Shown here in pieces: positions 1 to 12,269 of a stretch of DNA of 64,000 bases (position 1 is its first letter; each line of letters opens with the position of its first letter). The stretch covers positions 246,388,001 through 246,452,000 of the forward strand of contig OZ024743.1 in the NCBI GenBank assembly GCA_964016885.1, written 5' to 3'. Position numbers and translations under genes: made by a program. The notes beneath the pieces are model-generated. The model searched no databases, had not been told where the DNA came from, and saw nothing but the letters and a program-made list of their open reading frames with translations. The DNA is from Eledone cirrhosa. Taxonomy: Eukaryota.

Positions 1-1885
1 CACCACAGAGCAGATGTCGCTGTGCATGGCAGCGATCCAGCCTCTGAAGACGGGCCCAAAGCCAGCCGCCCTCAGGACTGCCGCTAGGTAACGATGGTCG
101 ACCCTATCGAAAGCTTTCGACTGATCTAAATTGATCAAGGACCCACCCGTGCCAGGTTCCCTAGCTACCCTCTCTACGATGTATCGCATGAGGTGGAGGT
201 TGTCGTGGATGGATCTGTCGGGAATGGCGCATGTCTGCGCCTCTCCCACCAGACCACCAACGACAAGCGCCAACCTCTTTGCTAGCACCTTGGCCAAAAT
301 CTTGAACTCTGTGTTTAGCAGAGTTATGGGCCTAAAATTATCTATGTTATCCCCCTTGTTCGGATCCTTTCTCAGCAGCGTCACAGCTCCTCGGCTCACA
401 GAGCTGGGAATTCTCCCGTTCTGTTGCCAGTTGCAGTAGACGTCCGCCAAGAGGCCTCCGAATAAGTCTGGCATCTGTACGTAAAGTTCATAGGGCAGAC
501 CATCCAAATCAGGCGATTTACCCCTTGTGCAGCTAGTCATTGCCTCCCGTACTTCAGCGGCTGTTATCGGCTTTTCGCAACACTCCTCCTCAGTGGCCGA
601 GAGCCGCGGCAGTCCGTCGAGGTAGACACTAAAGTCCATCCCTCGATCCGGCCCGCCGCTGCCCCCGAACAACTGAGCGAAGTGTCGCTGAAAAGCTTCA
701 CACATTTGCCCGGGATCGAGTAACATGCGCCCGTCGTGGTCCACCAAAGACCGGATCGTGGCTTTGTTGCCACGACGCGCCTCCGCCACTCGGGCCCATT
801 GAACGGCTTTCGTCCCCTCGTGTCTGAGAGTACGCACCCTAGCTCTGACAACGCAGCCTTCGTGCTTTGCATTGAAGAATTGGTCAAGGGCCAATTTCGC
901 CGCAAGTACGTCGGTCGCGATGCCTTTGCTAAGCGCCTCGTCTAATTTTCTAACTAATTCTCCCTCTGCTCTATTTTTCTCTATTGCTAAAGCCTTACTA
1001 AACCTAATGGACTCTATTCTAATTGCTCTTTTCAGAGCAAACCACCACTTGTTGTTGACGATGGCCCCCGTCAACGCCCGCTTAACTAGTTCGCTAATCC
1101 GGTCTCTGTAGGCCTTGCGCGCTGGTAAGGACGCGTTTAGCTTCCAGTAGCCGGGTCCTCGTCTATGAAGCCTATCTAAGTCAAGCACACAGATCACGAA
1201 TTTGTGGTCCGTGTAGCTGACTATCTTGAATTGTGGACAGCCTATGCTAGACCTATCTATTTCTCTACAAGCTACTCTATCTAGATATGATCTGGATGAC
1301 CCTATGCGATTTGTCCAAGTCCACATTGGCACATTCGGGAAATCCAATCGGTACCTGTCAGACATTTCAAAACGCCTGAGCAGGTTGGTGAGGCTCTTGC
1401 ACCCTCCTCCCCTATCCGCTAATCCCACACGGTCCCAGCGTGCATCTAAGATCCCGTTCCAGTCGCCCACTAACACTAAAGAGCGGGATGTTCCAAGAAA
1501 GGTCTCCAGACGCCGGAAGAAATCAGGCCGCCCTGCTCCTGTCGGGGCATAGACGGCCACTAGCCTGAAAGCTTGCCCGTCTCCGCTGGTCACGTCTAGC
1601 ACCACCAACTTACCTTCTGGCTCCAGGAAGATGGCCCGTATGGCGAGATCCAAACCTCTCCGAAAAAGCACAGCAACTCCTCCCTCCGATCCCGGACGGC
1701 TGGGAGATGCGTACACATCGTAGCCGCCGAAGATCGGTGCGAAGGCCCGTGCTTCGGAGATTCTGGTCTCGCTGATGGCCACTACATCTATGTTTAGTGA
1801 CCTGAGGTCGTTGAGAAGGTGGCCCTGCTTCCATGACGACCCCAAGCCTACGCACATTTATGCTGCCCATTCTGAGAGAGGTCAT
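1..1885 (-). CDS. Tx1 ORF2 (APE endonuclease + reverse transcriptase), partial; one +1 frameshift near 1850
   Basis: Manual translation: MTSLRMGSINVR/GLGSSWKQGHLLNDLRSLNIDVVAISETR...GGVAVLF...VAVYAP...LVLVGDWNGILDA. The same frame gives SKAFDRVDHRYL at 120-85. The ORF track lists no stop-terminated ORF in this frame, consistent with it being open to the edge. Confidence 0.88.
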
Positions 1886-1919
1886 GTTGAAATGGAGTGG
1901 AAAAGATGGGAAAGACCAC

Positions 1920-3676
1920 TTACCTTACTTCTCGTAGAGGAAGGATGGTTTGTCCATCCTTTTCACTGCTTGTGGCCTCCTCCGGAAGGATGTCCTTATA
2001 AATCCTCCTGGAGAGTGTTTGTCGGAAGTCTCCGATGTCTTTGGGGAATTTTTGTTTTAGTGTCGTGTACGTTTTCTGTGTGATGCGAGTGATTTGTATG
2101 TGTGAAGGTGGTGTGAACTTTTGGGTTGTTGTGTAGTCTTTTTCTGTGATGCTGGTGTTGTGTTGCATGTAGTGTAATAATTGGTTGTTGTTCAAATTTA
2201 ATGCTGTGTAGTGTGTATCGTTTTGGTTGTTTTGTTTTGTTTGCGTTTGTTGTGGGTTTGTTTCTGTTACGCTTTTTGGTGACTTTTGTGGTGTTGGTGA
2301 TGGTGGTGTTGGGGTTAATGATGGTGATGGTGTTGGTGTTTGTGGTGATGGGGTTGGTGATGCTGGTGTGGATGGTGGCATATCTGTCCTAACTTTTTTG
2401 TTTGTTAATTTATTTGTTTCCTTCTGTATTTTGTTTTTGGAGGGCGAAGGAAGAGAATTTTTTCTTTTTTGGTTTCTTTCTTTTTTTTTTTCCTGATACC
2501 GTTTCCCACTCCTCGTCGTCACAATCTGTCTCCAGTTGCAATAAGCCGGGGAGTGGAAAATCCTCCACAGTCGTTGGTTTTGGTTGTGGCGTGGTGAATG
2601 GTGCAGGCGCTGGTGCTAGTTCTGGCGCGTTGGGTGGTGGTGGTGTTGGTTTTGCTACTGTTGCTGGGGTTGTTGCTGTTACAGATGCTTCTGTTGTTGC
2701 TGCTACAGTTGTTGATGCCATTTCTGCTGCTGGTGGTGTTGATGGTTGAGTCACTGGGGTGGGTAAGAGAGGTGGCCTCAACCTTTTAGCCTGAGGGCAG
2801 AAAGCCCTTAGGTGGGTTCCTTCACCACAAACGACACACCTAGGTCTTCTGCCCTCGACGATTACGGTGAGGTGGCTGCCGTCAGTGAGGTCTATTACCT
2901 CTGGGATCTCCTCAATGCTTTTATGGTCCGCTTGGATCAGGAGCTCCATCCCAGATCCGGACCAGTTCTCCTGCTTTTCTTTTGCTATTTCTATTATTTT
3001 GGCGTTGGCCTCGATGCCGGCAGCCATTAGCCAGGGAATTTCGATGGCCGGTGGAACGTGGGTCACCCTGATCTTCACAAGTCTCTGGCCACAATAGCTT
3101 GGGACGAGTGTGAAGTCGTCACTTCTTAATGGGGCCATGGAGTGTTCTCTGGCCTCCTGTGGTGTTTCAAAGAACACGTCCACGGTTCCATACTTCTGCC
3201 CACGTCTGATGTGGTTTGTTTTTGCCCACACATGTCCGAAAGCTTTTTGGATTTGGGACTCGGATGCCCGTTCCACTTGGCGCGATTTTATGTTAATTGT
3301 CCGATAAGACACGGTGCATAGGCGACGTTGCTCCATTTTATTAGTCCACACCTGCGAAAGAAGTGACCCCTTTTTCAGCGGCACCATTATTGCTGCCGCT
3401 ACTGCTGCTACTGGTCTTGTTGTTGGTGCTGTTGCTGTTGCTGTTGCTACTGCTACAAACGGTGTTGTTGGTGTTGTTGTTATCACTGTTGCATTTGGTT
3501 GTGTTTTTGGTGCTAACGTTGTTGTTGTTTTCGGTGCAATTTGTATTGTTGCTGTTGGTGTTGTCGTTGTTTATTTTCTTGTTAGTGGTGTTAATATCGT
3601 TGTTGAATTTGTTGTCATTTTTTTCTGTTGCCTGTATGTTGGTTGTCGCTGTTATTGTTGTAGTTGGTGTGGTCAT
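1920..3676 (-). CDS. Tx1 ORF1 (gag-like nucleic-acid-binding protein) split over three overlapping frames
   Basis: ORF 3486-2410 contains CVVCGEGTHLRAFC (CX2CX4HX4C) and a Pro/Thr-rich linker. ORFs 3676-3341 and 2522-1920 overlap it, with likely frameshifts near 3345 and in the poly-A/T run at about 2478-2491. Confidence 0.8.
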
Positions 3677-4011
3677 TTTTTAAAAATTAGTGTTCTCGGT
3701 GTTGTTGTCATTGCTGTCTTTGTTCACGTTGTTTGTGGTGGTGTTTGTTGTATCAATTTCTGTAACCCTCCTCTCAACTTTTACGCCGTTGTCCCACGAC
3801 AACAGACATTTCACTGGGGGTGGAGGGTGTGGTTCAACCATGTTTTTTTATTTTTAAAAGTAAAAGGCCCAAATATTATACTTTCCCCTTCACAGGGCAA
3901 AGTCCAAGGGCTTATCTCCCTTACACAACAAGAAAAATTTAACAACAAATAATTCTAACAGATAAATAAAGCCACTTACTGGGAGCGAGCAAAAAGACGT
4001 CCGAACAGACC

Positions 4012-4048
<37 letters not shown>

Positions 4049-4185
4049 GTTTCTGATTTTAGACACAAGGCCAGCAATTTGAAGTGGGGGATAAAGTCGA
4101 TTGAATCGACCCCAGCGCATTACTGGTACTTTATTTTATTGACCCCGTAAGGATGGTGTCCGACGTTCTACCGATAAGGCCAATA
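4012..4185 (-). mobile_element. tRNA-derived SINE family A, internally deleted copy with long (ATT)n tail
   Basis: Head TATCGGTAGAACGTCGGAC is joined to CATCCTTACGGGGTCAATAAAATAAAGTACCAG, with tail TTGCTGGCCTTGTGTCTAAAATCAGAAACC(ATT)n. It matches the copies at 7184, 20967, 39631 and 43107. Confidence 0.85.
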
Positions 4186-4189
4186 ATAA

Positions 4190-4575
4190 TATGTATATAT
4201 AGAAATTATAGCCGCAGTATAGCAGGTACCAATCGAATTGTTTGAGGCACAAAGCACTCAATGGTTCGAAAATTTCATATATTTTCGTCCAGAGTAAATA
4301 CAAAGTTAAGGAAAGCGACCAAATGTATATGGCCATACTTATACCACAACTAGGATTGAATACATGTTAAATACTAACCTAGGCCGTCTCGAGTAGATAG
4401 GAATTGATAGAAATCGATAAAAATCTTCTATAGGTTTCTGGGATACGGATATCTGCACCACGAGTTGCACAATCGATATGCAAGTCAAAAATGCATTTTT
4501 CCAAGGTGGAACGGGAGCCTCCTTCATCAGCAGGTTTTGTTCCGTATTATTCAACGTATTAGTGCTGGGAGACAT
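4190..4575 (-). pseudogene. possible frameshifted membrane-protein (GPCR-like) N-terminal fragment
   Basis: Two adjacent ORFs (4575-4339 and 4336-4136) give an NNT sequon, three hydrophobic segments and a Cys before the third. There is no homology evidence. Confidence 0.25.
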
Positions 4576-4738
4576 TGAGTAAATTCCCCTGTGTCATCAC
4601 ATGACTTTTCTCAAAAGACGGTCAAGCTGGCCGAACTGTTGGCGGGTAAATTTCGGGTGCGAATAAAGATATTTTTTAAAGTTTTCAACTAAATCAATCG
4701 AATACATGAAACTACGAGAATTATATATATATACATAT

Positions 4739-4841
<103 letters not shown>

Positions 4842-5079
4842 TATACTTTGGGAGGGCCATGCTGCCAATAGAAACACGCGCACCTGATGATTTTCACTTC
4901 GATTTATTACAAATATCCACAGCTGGTTTAATAACCGGATGGTTGTTTGTTTAATGTCAAAGCTCTTTGGTCACACATTCGGTGACCTCAGTGACTAATT
5001 TGTCATTTTGTGTTTCTCCTTTGTTCTGTTCTTACACCATCTTGTTTTTGTGTATTTGTGTCACACGTTTTCTTGCAAA

Positions 5080-5235
5080 AAATAATTGTTTCTACTTTTG
5101 GCACATGGCCAGCAATTATCCCAGTGCATTACTGGTGCTTTATTTTATCGACCCTGTAAGGATGAAAGGCAAAGAAAGCTAACCTCGGTTAGATTTTAAC
5201 TAAGACCGTAAAGGGCCGTAACTCTATGCTGCAAA
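5080..5235 (-). mobile_element. SINE family A, 5'-truncated
   Basis: Same body and tail as the 7184-7371 copy. Confidence 0.85.
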
Positions 5236-6814
5236 ACATATATCAAAACATACTTGGAAGTAGAAAGAGAGACCGAACCATGGGGGGAAGTGCGAGACAC
5301 GACTGCGGTCATGCTGGAGCAGACTGCCTTAAAGTCGCTCATAATAAAAACAACAAACATGTTGTTTGTTCGGTCGGTGTATGACGAGTGATAGAGAAAA
5401 AAGGGGAAAAATTTCTGGAAAACGCCAAACATTTTTGTATGAAGAACGGATCTGTTGTCGCTATAGAGCCAAGGGAGGAATATGTCAGAGTGAGGGGGAG
5501 GGAGAGAGAGATGTATTTTTTTTAATCGCTATACAATCAGTCTTCGTCACTATCTCTCAATCTTTCCACCCTCTCTCTCTATCTCTTTTTGCTCTCCCTC
5601 TCTTCATAATCCTGCCCCGCTCTCTTTCTTTCTCTCTTTGCATATATATTCCCTGGCCCTCCCTTTATCTCTATACACTCCCTGCCTTCCCTTTCTCTCT
5701 GCATAGCCTTGCACCTTCCTCTTTTTTTCTCGCTCACGCTTTGCCTCCTCTCTCTCTCTCTCCCTTCGCCTCCTCTCTCTCTATCTCTCTCCACTCCCCT
5801 CTATCTCTGCATCTCTCTTTCTTTTCACCCTCTCACTTTCTCTTCGCTAAAATAGCTTCCGTCTTCAATGCAATTTTTATTCTATATTCTATATTTATTT
5901 TATATTATATATATGTTTTTTTTTTTACATTTAGCGATGAATCTTCGTAAATTGGTTGTTTTATTTGTTTCTGATCTGTTAATATATGTGTCACATAACA
6001 AACATGACCTCACATATTGACGAGAGGAAGTATGTATGATTCTCGCGGAAACCTGATATCTCTCTCTTTCCAGGTTGTTTTTCTTGTAAACTAAACCAGC
6101 CATAGGTAGCAGCAGCAACAGCTTTATAGATGTGGCAGTTAGTCAGTCATCAAGTATAACAGTAGCTACCGTGTACAGCTCTCTCTCTCGCTCTCTTCTG
6201 CGAGCATTGATTAAAATGCTGACAGAAAAATAATTTCCTCACATCAAATTTACATTCATTGCTACTTGGTTATTTCATCTTGCTCTTCTTTCAAGCCAGA
6301 TATCTCAGATTTAACACTTGTAAAATACATACACATACATTCATTTTACTTGTTCCAAGCTGACACCGCCATGGTTTGGGCAATCATATCGACCGCTGTA
6401 CTTATTTTATCGATCCCTTTTTTTCAAACCGCTATGTTATGGGATATAAACACATTCAGGCACAAACACAAACATGCATACACACACATTTATGTATATA
6501 TATGTGTGTGTTTGTGTCTACGTATACACGACGGGCTTCTACAGTTTCCGTCTTCCTACTTCCCCTCAATAAATATATCACTAAACATATTTTCCATGTA
6601 AAAGTGAATAGGCTCATACTGTGTAATGACCTATAATATGATTTGGCATGGGTGAGTGTGGATTGTGTTGTACAAAATGCAGTGGTCAGAGCAAGAAGTA
6701 TCAAAAACTAGATTTGTAATCTTACCAAACTAAGTTGAAGTTAATTTATTTGGGAGAATGGTTGCCTAAATGGAAGAAGAACATGCACATTGTAGGGCAA
6801 GATAGACTGGCACT

Positions 6815-7130
6815 AAATCATCATCATCTGGCGGCCTCAGCCGAAATCGACTCAACAATTGATCATTACATGGGTCGGTCGTTCATTGCCGTTGCCAAGT
6901 CCTGGATTTCAATACCATAATCTCAGGAGATGACATCCGGATAGGAGAGCTTGCACCCCATATTATTAGTGACGGCTTGTGGTTTCCAAAGCACTAGTGG
7001 GGACACAGTCTCAGAGGTGACACAGGCACGAGAGATATGCGTGGGAGGCCGGCATATATTTCTTTCAAGTCAGATGTCGCCAGCTTATGTTCTGAATGCG
7101 TCGAAGTAGGCAAGTGTAGGTGCCATCAAG
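6815..7130 (-). mobile_element. RTE-like LINE 3' end fragment, decayed
   Basis: Minus strand reads LDGTYTCLLRRIQNISWRH...EIYAGLPRIS...LVLWKP...LSYPDVIS...DLATAMNDR and ends in a short (TGA)n tail. Confidence 0.65.
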
Positions 7131-7183
7131 GCACTAAATACCCTGGCAATGGGGTGAGTTGAGTTAATATAGTGTTAGTAATA

Positions 7184-7371
7184 TAATTGTTTCTACTTTT
7201 GGCACAAGGCCACCAATTATCCCAGTGTATTACTGGTACTTTATTTTATCGACCCCGTAAGGATGAAAGGCAAAGTTAACTTTGGCGGGATTTGAACTCA
7301 GACCATAAAGGGCTGTAACTCTTTGCTGCAAAGCATGGCGTCCGACCCTCTACCAATACTGCCAATCCACC
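7184..7371 (-). mobile_element. SINE family A, full length
   Basis: A-box-like TGGCAGTATTGG, B-box GAGTTCAAATCC, central TTTGCCTTTCATCCTTACGGGGTCGATAAAATAAAGTACCAG and tail AGAAACAATTA. Confidence 0.9.
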
Positions 7372-8303
7372 AATATAATAATAGTAATTAAGGTAGTCAG
7401 AGTATGTGATAAAATAATTAAGCAATAGTTATCTCCACACATGCACCACAAGCAGGGCTGGCATTTGATTAAGAGGACCGCTTTTATGAGGCTCTTACAG
7501 ATTAAGGTGCTGGATTAGCAATGTCTTGATATTTGCTTCAGCTCACAGCGCTCTGAGTTCAAATAATGTGAAAGTCAATATCGCCTTTCAAGGTTGATAA
7601 ACAAGGAACCAGTTCAATACTATGATTGATTTTTCCTCTATCTCTCCTTACCACTTTCACACTCTCTTTTTCATTCTCTGAAAGAAATCAGCTGCATCCA
7701 CCCTAGAAAGGAGTGGGCTCTACAAGTTTTTAATACCCAACTTACAATGTGTGTCAGGATAGCTCCTCTACAACTCCATTGGGAGTGCTGGACATCTACG
7801 TGTTTTATTTACTCTCGCAGACTACCTCTATAACAAATGATAACACAACTTTATGCTCATGGTTGGTGTTGTTTAACAGCATTATGATGGCTATTTTGGT
7901 GTACGTTGAGGCTATATGGTTATGGTATGGGAATTGACAAGGGATCAAGGCTCATCATTATCACCACCATCAACATTATCACTATCATCGTCCTTACCAT
8001 CATCGCCATCACCACCCCACGCACTACCATCACTACCACAATAAAAATTATAATTACCACCATCTTCAGACATCTATTGGCTGCAATTTGTGTCAAGAAC
8101 AATGAGTAACACAATACATATCTTGTCCCATAATTAGTCTCTTAAGTTCATCTGCAGTCACATCACCACAATCCTCTTTGAGGATTTATTTTTACTGTGG
8201 TTTTGGAAGGTCAGCCACCAACAGTGATGGAAATGGGGAGGAGATGTGGATCTATGAAGTATACCTACCTCTCAGTTTCCAGATTTTTTTTTTGTACATT
8301 TAA

Positions 8304-8478
8304 CCCTTTTGTATTTACATTACTCTATATTTACTATTATATTTTCATGGTAAAGGCTTTACTTCACAATTATCTCACATAATATCGAATCTATGGGATT
8401 TTGATATTATTTATTTTGAGAACAATACCTTAACATCAATATGAGTGGTTGATTACAGCTGGTTTAAATGCTAAAGGG
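8304..8478. mobile_element. piggyBac-type MITE
   Basis: TTAA|CCCTTT...AAAGGG|TTAA, i.e. a TTAA target duplication and short inverted termini. Confidence 0.7.
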
Positions 8479-8509
8479 TTAAAGTCTACTAATAGAGATA
8501 TTTAGTAGA

Positions 8510-8880
8510 CACAGCATGACTGAATGGTCAAGAAGATAGCTTTGCAATTATAAGGTCTCATGTTCAATCCCACTGTATAGCATCTTGAGCAAGTGTCATT
8601 TACCATGACCTCAGGTTGATCAGTCTGACTGTGTGACATCTTGGGCAAGTGTCTGGGGTTAACCCAAGCCTTTTAGATGAAATTAAGTTGACGGAAATTG
8701 TTTTGAAGCCTGTCAGATGAACTTTAACTGTAATTCAAAGAATACTGTATCCCACTGAATCTCCCTGAGAATTGCGTTAAGGTACACGTGTCTAAAATAC
8801 TCATTCACTTTCATGTTAATTTATTGTGTAAGTCATTCCACAGATTGAACAACTGGAACATTCAGCATTGAAACCAATTC
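8510..8880 (+). mobile_element. old tRNA-derived SINE (family B-related)
   Basis: tRNA-like head with GTTCAATCC and a CTTGAGCAAGTGTC core. The body resembles 11790-12010, 12100-12260 and 32335-32670. Confidence 0.65.
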
Positions 8881-9929
8881 TAATAAGATCTGTTGGAGTC
8901 ATTATGAGCTATCTTTTGTCAAGTTTCTATCAATGGCCATGAATTGGCAGAGTTCCTAGAGTGTTGAAATCCTGTCAAAGTCAACTCTGATTTTCATCCT
9001 TTCAAGATTGTTAAATAAAATATCAGTTCAAGAGAAGCGGATTGATGAAATTGTAAAAGAGTTGGACAGGATACTTTGTGGTGTCTGATCTGGTTCTGTA
9101 TATTTGGAGTTTAAATCCTGCCTCATTCTACCAGGAAGCTGTGATCTGCAGATAATATCAGCAATGGAAAGAACAATAGAAACAGTGTTTCCTTGGTCAG
9201 ATCTAATAATCTACTTCTTTCCTTTTGTTTTCCTCTCAATAAATATTATTTATTATATTGTTTATATTGAATATTTATTTGTTATAATTATGTGTAAATA
9301 TTTTATTCAGTTCTCACATTATAATACATATTCATTTAGTTAGTTCCTTTTGCTCTCTATGGCGCACTGGGCAATGAATGATCTCTACTCAGCACAGTTG
9401 CAAACTGTGTTCATAAGCGTGTTCCCAGGCCAGACAGATGAGTACCAAATTTCCTACACAGTCATCAATCAGGTCTTGACAGATCTGCTTTTCTTCCAAT
9501 ACACTGGTCCCTCCATGGGCGTGTATAGCATGTGGTTCAACATTTATGATCTTATAGTGATGATATCCATAGATTACTTAGTCTGGCCCTTTCTATGATC
9601 TCATCATCCATGATGTGGTCATGCCAATATGTTCTTAGTATAAGACATTTTAATATAGATTACTTTCTAGTGTACTATACAGAAAGTGTGGAGACAATGA
9701 TCCCCAAATATTTTTTTCTATGTACAGAAGGAAATTGTTGAAAATATTTATACTTCAATTTTTTCACACGAAGACTTCTAATTAAAAAAACACAGTAACG
9801 ATAACTACATAAAATTTACTGTTAATCTTCTAAAACATGCAATATTGTAGCATAAATAATTATTATCAAACGAATTATATAGCCAAACAAATGCATGTTA
9901 TACAAATTAGACTGACTATCTCAGCTATA

Positions 9930-10270
9930 TTCTACACACACCCAATTCAATCCAGAGCTTTTCATTCCTCTTGGAGGAACCTCTCCCTGTTTGGTTTTGG
10001 TCATGTCAGGGGTGTAGCTATACTCACCACGCTTGGCCAATTGAGGATTGGTGAGGCTATTTAACCCATAGTTAGGGTGAATAGCCATTGACTCAGAGGA
10101 GCCCATCTGCTCTTTTTACAGCTCTTGCTTTTTGTGCTGCTATGTTTCACTTACCCTCTTCACCAGACCAGAGTCTGGTAGGGTAGCTGGTTTAGTCACT
10201 GTGCATTCAAGCATGAAGCAGTTTGTACTGGGTTACATGGTACCAGTAGCAAGCAGAAGCCTGACCTGAC
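9930..10270 (-). repeat. dispersed repeat with a structured 5' segment, homologous to 17430-17635; probable non-LTR element leader
   Basis: Shared motifs in the same order: GCTACTGGTA.CATGTAA.CCAGTACAA, GACTAAAC, GGTGA.GAGGGT and GAGTCAA.GGCTAT. Confidence 0.6.
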
Positions 10271-10689
10271 ATAATATACATCTACATATATAGCAATGAT
10301 ATAAATAGAATCCTCAGTGTACAGAATCTCAGGGATAATTATCTTCTGATGAGAAGACAATAATCTCTGAAATGCATAAAGGTAATCTTTATATGGAAAG
10401 TATGTTTACACTACATAGTAAAAATTCTCATTCAAAAACTGTAGTTATATCTACATTGAATTTGTCTTAAATCAATTTAATATATAGTGCTTTCTAGAAT
10501 AAATATTTATTAACACACATATACACACAGTTTTACCAAAAATAATTTGCTCACAAAATCTATAAGAAGGTATTGTCTTCCATACTTCTCAGTAAGTGCG
10601 AAAGACGCATCCACCATACTTATCCATATGCTTATGTAGTTGCCATGAACACAGCTTAAAAATACTTACAGCAATACTAAATGTACATT

Positions 10690-11340
10690 TATTGTTTCTT
10701 TTCCTTCTTTTTTTCTCCTCCTCCTCCTCCTTGGGAGGGTTGTGGGAGGGGAGACTTGTCAAACACACCTTCCAGCAGGTCCTATCACAAGCAACTGTCT
10801 CCTGTTGATCCAGCTGGATCCCCAAGCTAGACCAACCAAGCTCATGGACATTATTATCCAACCATCTTGCTTGGAGTCTGTCTATGGGTCTCCTGTCAGT
10901 GGGTTTTGCCCATAAAATCTGCCCAGTGATTCTTTCCTTAGACATTCTGACCACATATCTATAGTATCAGAGCAGTGATTTGGAGAAATAGCAGCTCTAA
11001 CTGGTGAGACTCTCTGATATCTGAAATATGCACCCTATCAAGTAACATTATTCCAAAGACTATCCAAAGGAACACCATTTTGGGCTACTTTTATTGATGC
11101 TCATATTCTTTCAAACATAACCCAAGATTTATGACCATAGGTATGAGTAGGCACAAACACTGAAATGAGGATAACGAGTTAGACTTTCACATCTACTTCT
11201 CTTCTTTTGATGACTGAGTGCTGAAGCTGCAATTCTTGCATTTGATTCAGCGCATGCTTTCCATCACTAGTGAAAACAACCCCGAGATACTTGAACTTCT
11301 TAAAAAGAATTCTCTCTTGACGGTTGCTATCTTGCTCTCT
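10690..11340 (-). mobile_element. RTE (BovB-like) LINE 3' fragment
   Basis: FKYLGVVFTSDGK and VRMSKERITGQILWAKPTDRRPIDRLQARW, typical of the RTE C-terminus. Confidence 0.75.
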
Positions 11341-11459
11341 TGACGCTTGCTCTGTGAGGTGTGGTGCATCCTTGTGAGGTGGAGAGAATACTTTGCTGAT
11401 CTCATAAACCCTGTCACAACATCTGATGTACATTAGGTGCATCTAGGAGTGAAGCCTAA

Positions 11460-11660
11460 CTTCTAGTGGACTGAGGTCATCAGAGAAATTAAAGAGGTAT
11501 TCTTTGATTGACATTTATGTGGTATGTGGCCTGGATCTCTGGAAAGGCACTGAAGCAATGGCAATTGGAAGTAATAATCTTAATTTTCAAAAAAAGAGAC
11601 AAGAGTCATTGCTCTAATTATAGAGGAATCTCCTTGTTAAGCCTTCCCAGTAAATATTGC
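11460..11660 (+). mobile_element. RTE LINE RT N-terminal fragment
   Basis: WQLEVIILIFKKRDKSHCSNYRGISLLSLPSK (RT domain 0/1 motif). Confidence 0.75.
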
Positions 11661-12269
11661 ATACAGGTTCATATAAACTTTTATTCTAAATCACTCTGAG
11701 TTAACGCTCTCACTAGTATGTGTGGATGCAGGCAAGGTTGGGAGATTAAGAAGTTTATTTTGTAATAATGGGGTTTCACGTGGAATTTTGAGCAATGTTT
11801 TTACCATAATTTTGAGTTCATCCAAGCATTGTGAGTGAATTTTGGTTGACAGAAACCATGGAAGATCATTGGAGGGACTGTACCTGTAATTCAAAGGGCC
11901 AACCTTGTCACATAGTGTCATGTTGATTCAGTTGGGGAATTACATTAAAGGTACATGTGTCTGTGGAATACTCAACCATTTACATGTTAATTCACGAATT
12001 GGATGATCAGTTGATTGAACAAATGTATGCTCATTAGAGGATCTATCATGTATATATAAAGAATGACATTTCAACTATAAATGAAAATTATACTATGCAG
12101 GCATGGCTGTGTAATTAAGGAGTTCACTTCACAACCATGTGATTCTGGGTGCTGTCTTGTGTGAAAACTTGGGCAAGTGTCTCCTACTATAATCTTGAGT
12201 TGACCTATGCTTTGTGGATGGAATTTGGTAGATGGAAATGGCAGAAGCCTGTTGTGTGTACAAAGGGGC

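Larger units (their letters stand above)
1..4010 (-). mobile_element. Tx1/L1-clade non-LTR retrotransposon, 5' part (5'UTR, ORF1, ORF2 running off the left edge)
   Basis: The minus strand carries an ORF1 with a CCHC knuckle, then an APE endonuclease and the RT N-terminal half. The putative 5' end abuts the (AAT)n tract at 4012-4046. Confidence 0.92.

Noticed and set aside
131-3952. plus-strand ORFs over the Tx1 element
   Set aside because: They are antisense shadows of ORF1 and ORF2.
4136-4185. GPCR DRY-like motif 'LALSVERR'
   Set aside because: It is encoded by the SINE A head (TATCGGTAGAACGTCGG) and is coincidental.
5366-5950. 194-aa hydrophobic ORF
   Set aside because: It derives from a CT-rich simple-repeat tract and has no recognisable domain.
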